A stretch of DNA of 64,000 nt from a virus, in the IMG/VR virus record IMGVR_UViG_3300032246_001368, positions 32,001 through 96,000 of that record, one strand, 5' to 3'. This document shows positions 57,654 through 64,000 of the stretch, piece by piece. Under the pieces are notes generated by a model. That model was not told the DNA's origin. It made no database searches and was given only the letters and a program-made list of their open reading frames with translations. Positions within the stretch are counted from its first letter, which is position 1, and each line of letters starts with the position of its first letter. The position numbers were made by a program, and so were the translations under genes.

Positions 57654-57684
57654 CATTTCCCAGGAACTATACTATTATTCTTAT

Positions 57685-57912
57685 ATGCACGTATGGCAAT
57701 CTAAACAAGTCTTGAAAACAGCTAGCACCTATCAGGTACCTAGTCACGTCAAGAACAGGACCAAGTCTATCTCCAATGAAGATTGGGAGAGGCAGGTTAA
57801 GGAATTCAAGTACAACAAGTTAGTCGTACTCGATAAGGTACCCAAGGCAGTCAGAAAGCCAAGGGAGGACGGTAAACAAACAAACAACACAGAAAGGAAA
57901 AACAGACAATGA
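57685..57912 (+). CDS. Early hypothetical protein
   Basis: ATG 6 nt after TATTAT. Confidence 0.5.
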   Translation: MHVWQSKQVLKTASTYQVPSHVKNRTKSISNEDWERQVKEFKYNKLVVLDKVPKAVRKPREDGKQTNNTERKNRQ

Positions 57913-58148
57913 CGACAATGACATCTAATAACACGATCGTTCGTAGCATCAGTGACCTCACCGGCACCGCAGTCTCCAGCCGCATTGGCAAGACCGCAAA
58001 GCTTGAGTTGGTCTCCGAGAGCATCAACGAGAGCCGTTACGAGATTCTTGGCATCGTTGGCCGTAGTAACAATGTCATGTTGCGCCCACGTTTCTATAAC
58101 GTTCGCAATAAGGCAGGTCAGTTCACTACTCGCCGCCGTAGCCGATAA
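57909..58148 (+). CDS. Small basic protein (RNKAGQF motif)
   Basis: GC-richer codons; followed by a terminator. Confidence 0.55.
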   Translation: MTTMTSNNTIVRSISDLTGTAVSSRIGKTAKLELVSESINESRYEILGIVGRSNNVMLRPRFYNVRNKAGQFTTRRRSR

Positions 58149-58160
58149 TCCCAATCGTTA

Positions 58161-58198
58161 AAAGGGATCTAGTAAAATAAAACCTAGATCCCTTTTTT
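58161..58198 (+). terminator. Rho-independent terminator
   Basis: AAAGGGATCTAG...CTAGATCCCTTTTTT. Confidence 0.75.
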
Positions 58199-58234
58199 CT
58201 TGAACTTTCCCACTCAATCCCTTATTATATATAC

Positions 58235-58486
58235 ATGATTGATTCAAACCTGTATCGTAAGATTGAAATGGCTGGTGAGGCTCTCTTGAATGATTTCGAG
58301 TTGACTCATCCGGATATGAGTGGTGATCAGATCCGTACAGATCTTCTTCTTGATCATGCAACTAAGATCATGCATATGAGTGTAGATAATGATCTCCTCG
58401 AAGGGATTATCGATAAGGATCGCGAAGACGATCCTGAGCACAAAGCTCTTCTCCTAACCTCTGGAGCATATTTCGTAACCCTCTAA
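58235..58486 (+). CDS. Early hypothetical protein
   Basis: ATG 6 nt after TATTAT. Confidence 0.55.
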   Translation: MIDSNLYRKIEMAGEALLNDFELTHPDMSGDQIRTDLLLDHATKIMHMSVDNDLLEGIIDKDREDDPEHKALLLTSGAYFVTL

Positions 58487-58494
58487 CCCTTTAT

Positions 58495-58572
58495 GCCTCG
58501 GTAGTCCAATTGGCAGCAGACAAGCGACTTAAAATCGCTCCAGTGCGGGTTCGAATCCCGCCCGAGGTACCA
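58495..58572 (+). tRNA. tRNA-Leu(UAA), short variable loop, CCA encoded
   Basis: Acceptor GCCTCGG/CCGAGGT, anticodon arm AGCGA-CTTAAAA-TCGCT, T arm GCGGG-TTCGAAT-CCCGC. Confidence 0.9.
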
Positions 58573-58952
58573 CTTTCAGATTGACCTTTCCCACCAATTG
58601 CTTTAATATATAAACAATGAAACACCTCCTACACCTCCTTGGTTACACTCAACGTAAGCCTTCACTCCTCCTCATGCACATGTGTGACGTTACTCACAGC
58701 TCCTGGATACAGGATCTCTATCGTACCAACCGCATTAACGATTATCTTATTAAGTAAGAGTTGAACTATCCCACTAAACGGAGTATAATAATATTATGAT
58801 CATTGAATTCACCCCTGGCAAGATGCCAAAGAGTAAAGAAGCTTTAAAGGATATTATCCTCGAGGCAGTCAAGAAGTCTTCAACGAACCCTGAGACCGTT
58901 AATGCCGGCCGACAGTCCCAGGATAACAATACAAAGGCCGGCGTTCCTCATC

Positions 58953-59171
58953 ATGCAAACTAAAGTCACACTCACGGATCTAATTCGTAACATCTTAAAT
59001 ACAGAACAGGAACTATCCGTAAAAGATATCCTTACTAAAGTACAAGAGACTATTGCAGGAGAGCAACTAACCATACAGGCCGACTACCGTAAGGTATATC
59101 GTCACCTGCGTACGTGTGCGACTAAGACGGCACGAGGTCAGTTCTCCCTCACCGAGACCTCTGCCTCCTAA
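58953..59171 (+). CDS. Small winged-helix-like protein
   Basis: LTDLIRNIL...LSVKDILTKV...YRKVYRHL. Confidence 0.45.
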   Translation: MQTKVTLTDLIRNILNTEQELSVKDILTKVQETIAGEQLTIQADYRKVYRHLRTCATKTARGQFSLTETSAS

Positions 59172-59194
59172 AGGTAAGTCTCGGCAACAATACT

Positions 59195-59288
59195 ACTGGG
59201 TTAATGTAATTGGAAGCATCGACAGACTTATAATCTGTGTTCGCCAGATTAGCGACGAGCGAGGGTTCGATTCCCTCACCCAGTACCA
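59195..59288 (+). tRNA. tRNA with UAU anticodon (Ile) and long variable arm, CCA encoded
   Basis: Acceptor ACTGGGT/ACCCAGT, anticodon arm ACAGA-CTTATAA-TCTGT, V-arm TCGC-CAGATTA-GCGA, T arm GAGGG-TTCGATT-CCCTC. Confidence 0.88.
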
Positions 59289-59309
59289 ATTTCAAAACAA
59301 ACAAATTAT

Positions 59310-59483
59310 ATGGAAGATACAAACACATCAAAAGAAGCAAAGGTATTCCAACTCTGCCAAGACCTGGAAGACATGAGAGACCGTAAGAAGGCATCTGGTA
59401 AAGCCTTTAACGATGAGATCAAGCGTATTCAAGCTGAGATCAAGGATCTAATTGATCCAACGGAACCTGAAGAGGCTCCTTAG
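59310..59483 (+). CDS. Small coiled-coil protein between tRNAs
   Basis: MEDTNTSKEAKVFQLCQDLEDMRDRKKASGKAFNDEIKRIQAEIKDL... Confidence 0.55.
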   Translation: MEDTNTSKEAKVFQLCQDLEDMRDRKKASGKAFNDEIKRIQAEIKDLIDPTEPEEAP

Positions 59484-59490
59484 TAATTTC

Positions 59491-59563
59491 GCCCTTGTAG
59501 CTCAATGGTCAGAGCAGATCCCTCATAAGGATTAGGTTGGGGGTTCGAATCCCTCCGGGGGCA
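59491..59563 (+). tRNA. tRNA with CAU anticodon (Met or lysidine-modified Ile2)
   Basis: Acceptor GCCCTTG/CGGGGGC, anticodon arm GATCC-CTCATAA-GGATT; no encoded CCA. Confidence 0.85.
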
Positions 59564-59610
59564 CACTTTAGCATCTATCGTTCAACGGATAGGACAGGGC
59601 AAGACTTTAC

Positions 59611-59684
59611 GTGCCAGTAGCTCAATCGGATAGAGCAACGGTTTTCTAAACCGTAGGTTGCAGGATCGTACCCTGCCTGGCACA
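59611..59684 (+). tRNA. tRNA-Arg(UCU), nested inside the split tRNA
   Basis: Acceptor GTGCCAG/CTGGCAC, anticodon arm ACGGT-TTTCTAA-ACCGT, T arm GCAGG-ATCGTAC-CCTGC. Confidence 0.85.
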
Positions 59685-60173
59685 GTCTTTCAATAATCCA
59701 TTATCAAACTCCCAATGGCAATTAGGACATAAAGGAATAACATTCTCTATAGAATTAATATCCCTCAATAAAGCATCGTCATTGAAAGAAGATATAGGTT
59801 TGATATGACAAAGTTCTATGTGCTTATCATACCCACAATTCAAACATTTATTACCTAAAAGAGGTTTTAACCAAGACCTAGCCATTCCTCTTATATGTAC
59901 ATATATAGATGATTGATGCAAACCTTTTAAACATTCTCTAGATTTATAGTATCCCAATGTTCTGTCTTTATAAGATTCTTTCAAAGAACTTTTATATTCT
60001 TCCCAATGTTCTTTACATAAACTAGAATTCCATTTATGAGTAATGTTATCACATCTAGTACATTTCCTTTTACGAATTCGTTTGGGTGATGTCTTATTGG
60101 TATAAGTAGCCGCACAAGACCTTGAACAGAATTTTGGATTTGAAGTTTCTTCTTGACAATTAACACATTTCAT
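59646..60173 (-). CDS. HNH endonuclease with N-terminal Zn-ribbon motifs, antisense within the tRNA array
   Basis: CVNC...FCSRSC; CLNCGY...ELCHIKP...NSIENVIPLCPNCHWEFD; TAAGTA late motif just before ATG 60173. Confidence 0.88.
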   Translation of the reverse strand: MKCVNCQEETSNPKFCSRSCAATYTNKTSPKRIRKRKCTRCDNITHKWNSSLCKEHWEEYKSSLKESYKDRTLGYYKSRECLKGLHQSSIYVHIRGMARSWLKPLLGNKCLNCGYDKHIELCHIKPISSFNDDALLRDINSIENVIPLCPNCHWEFDNGLLKDCARQGTILQPTV

Positions 60174-60256
60174 ATAATAATACTTACCGTAATAGAACAT
60201 ATTATTTAAAACAAAAGCCTCAATGTTGGTTCGATTCCAACTAGATGCACCATTTT

Positions 60257-60328
60257 GGAATCGTAGCTCAACGGTAGAGCAGTAGACTTTTAATCTATTG
60301 GCTATGGGTTCGAGTCCCATCGATTCCA
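60257..60328 (+). tRNA. tRNA-Lys(UUU)
   Basis: Acceptor GGAATCG/CGATTCC, anticodon arm GTAGA-CTTTTAA-TCTAT, T arm ATGGG-TTCGAGT-CCCAT. Confidence 0.9.
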
Positions 60329-60409
60329 CTTTAATACAGAGGCATAAAATAATAACGCCGGCCTCTCTATTAACGTGAATTTTCCCACGTAAAGATTTAT
60401 ACTTATAGT

Positions 60410-60610
60410 ATGAAAAATGAAATGAACCGACACGAGAAGCTTGAATGGCTCTATGAAACCTGTGCCACCAGCTTCCTTCAAAACAACCTCATTCAGGAAA
60501 TGGTTACCTGGATGGGAGAGGATGAGTTCGATAAGTTCTACGAACACCTTTGCCGCAATTGGGAGATTGCTCGAAGCCCAGAAGAGCTAGCAGAGAAGAT
60601 GTTTTCTTAA
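60410..60610 (+). CDS. Early hypothetical protein
   Basis: ATG 6 nt after TATACT. Confidence 0.6.
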   Translation: MKNEMNRHEKLEWLYETCATSFLQNNLIQEMVTWMGEDEFDKFYEHLCRNWEIARSPEELAEKMFS

Positions 60611-60670
60611 CGGGGCAAGGGGGGAGAGGTTGTGGTGGCCTTTCCCCCCTAAATCCTAGATAATAAATGT

Positions 60671-60895
60671 ATGAAAAATAAGAAAACGTTCGAAGAAATC
60701 ATGACAGAGTACAGGGCCCTGGGCGACATGATGCGCACCATGGTTCGTAACACAGCCGTAATGGAGCTGAGAGAGTGGGGCTTCGAGGAGATCGGTTCCT
60801 CAGATGTTAACTGCCAGATCGTCGACCTCTACAACAGCTACGGAGGATTCGACGAGATCGTACGCCACGGCCTCGAACTCGTAAGGACCCACTAA
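60671..60895 (+). CDS. Early hypothetical protein
   Basis: ATG 6 nt after GATAAT. Confidence 0.55.
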   Translation: MKNKKTFEEIMTEYRALGDMMRTMVRNTAVMELREWGFEEIGSSDVNCQIVDLYNSYGGFDEIVRHGLELVRTH

Positions 60896-60896
60896 T

Positions 60897-61052
60897 ATGA
60901 TCACCATCAAAGTAACCTTATCAAACGGCAACCGTTGGACCACAGGCTTCAACGGGACCCTCCAAGACGCAGAGACCTACTATGTCGGTAGGTACTTCGA
61001 GACCGCAGACGAGCTTCATTCCCATGAATGCGTCAGAGTCGAATTGATTTGA
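60897..61052 (+). CDS. Small early protein (TGFNGTLQDAETYYVG motif)
   Basis: 51-aa ORF coupled to the previous gene. Confidence 0.5.
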   Translation: MITIKVTLSNGNRWTTGFNGTLQDAETYYVGRYFETADELHSHECVRVELI

Positions 61053-61083
61053 ATTTCCCCCATAAACCAAATATAATAATAGT

Positions 61084-61407
61084 ATGAAAATTAAGAACGC
61101 CCGAATGCAGTGGAGTCAATCAATGCGCTCCAAGAAGTCCGTCATGTACTTCTTTCCTACCGGAGAGACGATCCTCGATAATCTCGCTCAGCGTCGTAAG
61201 CGTCCTGTAAAGGAGTTTCGAGCGCTTATACCTCAAGTATGCGCAGCTGTTGGTATTACCAATATGCAAGACCTGAAGTTTAGCTGGAGCCAGAAGGCTG
61301 GATGCTCTTGCGGTTGCTCTCCAGGATTCGTAGTTAAAGGTCTCTATTGCAAGGACATCTTCGTCGATGTTACCATGGAGAACGACTTCGAAGGTCTTGG
61401 ACTCTAA
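61084..61407 (+). CDS. Conserved phage protein (WSQKAGCSCGCSPGF motif)
   Basis: CxCxC motif; own promoter. Confidence 0.65.
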   Translation: MKIKNARMQWSQSMRSKKSVMYFFPTGETILDNLAQRRKRPVKEFRALIPQVCAAVGITNMQDLKFSWSQKAGCSCGCSPGFVVKGLYCKDIFVDVTMENDFEGLGL

Positions 61408-61459
61408 GATTGTTTTTCCCACCTAAACCCATTATACTATAGGAACAATCAAACACCAC

Positions 61460-61726
61460 ATGAAGAACACTGACCCCACACAAAACTGCACAGACGCCCT
61501 TATCCTTTTGGTCAACAATGACGAATGGCTTCACCAGAGCTGGAGGAAGACTCTCCGCGCAGGCAATATGGTCCACGTTAAAGATGCCTTGGAAGAGGCT
61601 GGATTCACCTACACTCCTTTCCAGTGGCAGGCTCTAGAGTTCGAGTTCGAGGACGAGCTTCAGGCTGAAGAGGATGCACAAGAGGCTAATGAGTTCTTCG
61701 TTGAGCTGTCCACATCAAACAACTAG
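61460..61726 (+). CDS. Early acidic protein
   Basis: Own promoter; acidic C-terminus. Confidence 0.55.
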   Translation: MKNTDPTQNCTDALILLVNNDEWLHQSWRKTLRAGNMVHVKDALEEAGFTYTPFQWQALEFEFEDELQAEEDAQEANEFFVELSTSNN

Positions 61727-61735
61727 AATAGACTC

Positions 61736-61960
61736 ATGATTAAGAAAGAACACAGAGACAGAACAGTAGACGAACTCGTAGACCTCTATCAGAAAGAGCT
61801 TGAGGCTCAAGGACTTACAGGAGCTGATAAGTGGGCTCGCTTAGCAGGAATGATCCAGGGACATTTCTCCTTCAGCATGACTTGGATGGGGACCAAGAAG
61901 GACATACAACAATCTCTCAACAATGTGGTAAATGATCTCGAAAAGAAGCTCACAGCCTAA
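61736..61960 (+). CDS. Early hypothetical protein
   Basis: 74-aa ORF. Confidence 0.5.
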   Translation: MIKKEHRDRTVDELVDLYQKELEAQGLTGADKWARLAGMIQGHFSFSMTWMGTKKDIQQSLNNVVNDLEKKLTA

Positions 61961-62084
61961 ACCTTTAACATAGAACATTTTATGAAGAACACCAAAACAG
62001 TAATAGCAGCAATCGCAACACTCCTCCTCTGTGCCGCAGCCATTAAGGATTGAATTTCCCCCATAAACCTAATATACTAATAGT

Positions 62085-62345
62085 ATGAACAATAAGAACA
62101 CCACATACAAAGGAGAAGCAGCAGTCCTCAAGTACCAAGAGATGGTAGAAGAGATCGCAGCCCTAGGCGAGAGCTACATCCTCACCGAGATCGAGATCAA
62201 GAACAATACATTCAAGCAAGAGCCTAACCTCTACAAGCGCATGGCCCTCCTAGGAGAGATCACGATGCTTGAGAAAGCTCTCAAGGCCATCAAAGACATA
62301 GAGGCTGCAGACAAGTATCTTCTAAGTCAGACAGATAAGAGCTAA
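62085..62345 (+). CDS. Early hypothetical protein
   Basis: ATG 6 nt after TATACT. Confidence 0.55.
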   Translation: MNNKNTTYKGEAAVLKYQEMVEEIAALGESYILTEIEIKNNTFKQEPNLYKRMALLGEITMLEKALKAIKDIEAADKYLLSQTDKS

Positions 62346-62443
62346 TAACATTTCATAGCGGGTGGGTCGAGGGAGGAGACTTGTGGTGGGTCTCCTCCCT
62401 CTTTGCTGTTGAGATTCCCCCATAAAGGTCTTATAATAATAGT

Positions 62444-62818
62444 ATGAAAATTGAGAACACCACACCTACTGAAGCTCAAATCGAACTCGCCGGCTACCTC
62501 CTCACGCGCGAGACCATCTTCATCGAAGAGTGTGAGGCCGATATCAAAGCCGGCAAGACCGTCTGGTATGGAGTCGCCAGCACGAGCCTAGAGGACATCA
62601 TGGGTCTTACCCCCTACCGTAGCGGCTATAAGGACATCGCCGAGTATGAGTACCAAGAGGACCTCATTGAAGCTAAGGAGGCTCGTAAGAACTGGTACTG
62701 CGATCAACAGGATGCCTGGGAAGAGGAACAAAAGAAAGAAGAGGAAGCTCACCAGAAGGCCCTCAGAGAGTATGTAAAGACTGAATACCAACCACTAGGA
62801 GTCCCAGTCCTAGTGTGA
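62444..62818 (+). CDS. Early acidic protein
   Basis: ATG 6 nt after TATAAT. Confidence 0.55.
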   Translation: MKIENTTPTEAQIELAGYLLTRETIFIEECEADIKAGKTVWYGVASTSLEDIMGLTPYRSGYKDIAEYEYQEDLIEAKEARKNWYCDQQDAWEEEQKKEEEAHQKALREYVKTEYQPLGVPVLV

Positions 62819-62861
62819 TTGGGGTATTGCCTTTCCCCCTTACAGCTTATATAATAATAGT

Positions 62862-63098
62862 ATGAACAATAAGAAATACGATGAACGTCACGGAGGCCCT
62901 TACGATCGCGGACACGCCGACAGCTACTACCGTCGCTCCAGGGAGCCTCACTACTACATGGCTGGCACTGGAGGCTCCCCACGCATCGAGGAGGCCAATA
63001 TGACGCCAGAGGAGATCGAAGCCTACCATGCCGGCTATGATGCCAATGAGGCCGAGGGAGACTTCAAGGACTATGGATGGGGAGGAGGCCGCTACTAA
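62862..63098 (+). CDS. Conserved small phage protein (RHGGPYDRGxADSYY family)
   Basis: RHGGPYDRGHADSYYRR...EIEAYHAGYD. Confidence 0.65.
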   Translation: MNNKKYDERHGGPYDRGHADSYYRRSREPHYYMAGTGGSPRIEEANMTPEEIEAYHAGYDANEAEGDFKDYGWGGGRY

Positions 63099-63107
63099 GG
63101 GTCTTAG

Positions 63108-63234
63108 CGACCGGTTGTTACCAAGCTCAAGATAACAACCGGTCGTAATAGCAACCAGGGGTAATACGATACCGACCGGTATTAAAGGACCCCGGACGTT
63201 CAAATTTGGTATATAGGGTAACGACCGGTCGGTA
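63108..63234. repeat. Second CGACCGGT motif cluster including a perfect 13-bp inverted repeat
   Basis: CGACCGGTTGTTA (63108-63120) / TAACAACCGGTCG (63133-63145); further copies at ~63173 and ~63222. Confidence 0.85.
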
Positions 63235-63328
63235 ACCCGGGGGGGCGATCTCGGGTACCCGGGGTATAGGTATATGAGGTTATATAAGGTTATATAAGGA
63301 TATACAAAGATCCGCGCTAAATAGTATC

Positions 63329-63457
63329 ATGACCAATAAATTTGATACTGTATACGAAAAACAGATGCATTGCTGGAAGGGGTATAAGAAGAAAGGTACT
63401 AAGAAGCTTTCCTCTGGGAAGACCGTTAATAACTGCGTAAAGAAAGATTCTAAGTAA
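63329..63457 (+). CDS. 42-aa late peptide with CWKGYKKxG...NCV motif (T4-like head-protein motif)
   Basis: MTNKFDTVYEKQMHCWKGYKKKGTKKLSSGKTVNNCVKKDSK; TAAATA at 63318. Confidence 0.6.
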   Translation: MTNKFDTVYEKQMHCWKGYKKKGTKKLSSGKTVNNCVKKDSK

Positions 63458-63500
63458 ATTGTTCTTGTCTTTCCTTTATAGATTCCTTATAATAGAGGCT

Positions 63501-63686
63501 ATGAAGAAAACAACTATTAAGTTCCGCGACAACAAGTATCCATTCATGACTACTCTTATTGGTGGTACCTTTAAGATGAATGCTCTTATGGGTGTTAATA
63601 CCTTTAGGAAGCTGAAGGCCTTGGGTATGCGTTATAGTCAGCATAAGATGGCCAATGGAAAGATCCTGGCTGTCCGTACTGCCTAA
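63501..63686 (+). CDS. Small basic early protein
   Basis: ATG 7 nt after TATAAT; followed by hairpin GGGGCAGTTTAATA/TATTAAACTGCCCC. Confidence 0.55.
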   Translation: MKKTTIKFRDNKYPFMTTLIGGTFKMNALMGVNTFRKLKALGMRYSQHKMANGKILAVRTA

Positions 63687-63743
63687 TATTAATAGGGGCA
63701 GTTTAATATCATGTTGTATTAAACTGCCCCTCTATTAACTCAC

Positions 63744-63950
63744 ATGATTGATTCTAAACGTATAGCTGTTAAATTAGGTCACTTCTCTTGTGGAAGGGGT
63801 ATCTTTGATAGAGAGGGTAAGAAGTATGTAAATCCTCATACCTCTGGAGATGATGTGTATCTTGAAGATCCTACTAACTACAAGTATATAAAGTATGAGA
63901 ATGGTAAATTTGTAGATAGTGATGGATTTGTTATCTATATAACCTTTTAG
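63744..63950 (+). CDS. Hypothetical protein
   Basis: 68-aa ORF. Confidence 0.45.
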   Translation: MIDSKRIAVKLGHFSCGRGIFDREGKKYVNPHTSGDDVYLEDPTNYKYIKYENGKFVDSDGFVIYITF

Positions 63951-64000
63951 TTATTGCCCTTTCCCTTATAATTTAATATTATATATACATGCTTAAAAGA

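Larger units (their letters stand above)
59571..60252 (+). pseudogene. tRNA gene (Arg-like) split at the anticodon arm by a ~610-bp insertion
   Basis: 5' half GCATCTA-TC-GTTC-AACGGATA-GGAC-A-GGGC (59571-59600); 3' half GCCT-CAAT-GTTGG-TTCGATT-CCAAC-TAGATGC-ACCA (60217-60252); the acceptor strands pair perfectly. Confidence 0.8.
55455..63988 (+). promoter_or_regulatory. Array of at least 17 early promoters TTGnnn-TT(T)CCC...-TAnnnT, roughly one per gene
   Basis: -35 boxes at about 55702, 55917, 56382, 56870, 57650, 58200, 58581, 58761, 60375, 61049, 61410, 62050, 62409, 62827, 63465, 63954, with ~17-nt spacers. Confidence 0.85.

Noticed and set aside
59601-60216. Self-splicing group I intron in the tRNA anticodon loop
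   Set aside because: The insert is almost fully occupied by a tRNA and an antisense ORF, leaving no room for a catalytic core, and the boundaries do not fit U|...G splice sites.
60174-60329. Extended N-terminus of the HNH ORF given in the track (start 60329)
   Set aside because: The extension is the antisense of tRNA-Lys and the split tRNA 3' half; ATG 60173 has a late promoter motif directly upstream.
1-64000. Stop-codon reassignment, or eukaryotic giant-virus origin
   Set aside because: Long genes are intact in the standard code with no suppressor tRNA; gp25/gp6 baseplate genes, sigma70 promoters and bacterial-type tRNAs indicate a bacteriophage.

Overview
This 64-kb window is part of a large, AT-rich, T4-like myovirus (Caudoviricetes) read in the standard genetic code. 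1-3.2 kb holds DNA-metabolism genes: the end of a pyrimidine-dimer glycosylase-like gene, a probable small terminase, dUTPase and a clamp loader. 3.3-33 kb is a baseplate/tail module: gp25- and gp6-like wedge proteins, very large LamG/PKD/NHL/vWA virion proteins, a repeat-rich fibre and a Cys-rich paralogous trio. 33-64 kb is an accessory/early region of small genes. Most of these genes have their own sigma70-type promoter (TTGAnn-TTTCCC...-TAnnnT) with the ATG about 6 nt downstream, so they look leaderless. The region also holds late-promoter genes with T4 capsid-targeting-like N-termini, five intact tRNA genes and two HNH endonucleases. Most notable: (i) a ~620-nt, heavily base-paired, pseudoknotted segment with no credible ORF at 47.25-47.87 kb, with its own early+late promoter and a boxA-like leader, a candidate large ornate ncRNA; (ii) a tRNA gene split at its anticodon arm by a cassette that carries a complete nested tRNA-Arg(UCU) and an antisense HNH gene; (iii) a phage tRNA set (UUA, AUA, AGA, AAA) that matches the codons of the AT-rich late genes but not the GC-richer early genes, including a long-variable-arm tRNA-Ile(UAU); (iv) two clusters of CGACCGGT motifs bracketing an ~8.6-kb early block, candidate origin or genome-end signals; (v) a CG-free island of gene cassettes joined by an identical 26-bp promoter repeat. 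All calls come from motifs and pairings read by eye; no database searches were run.
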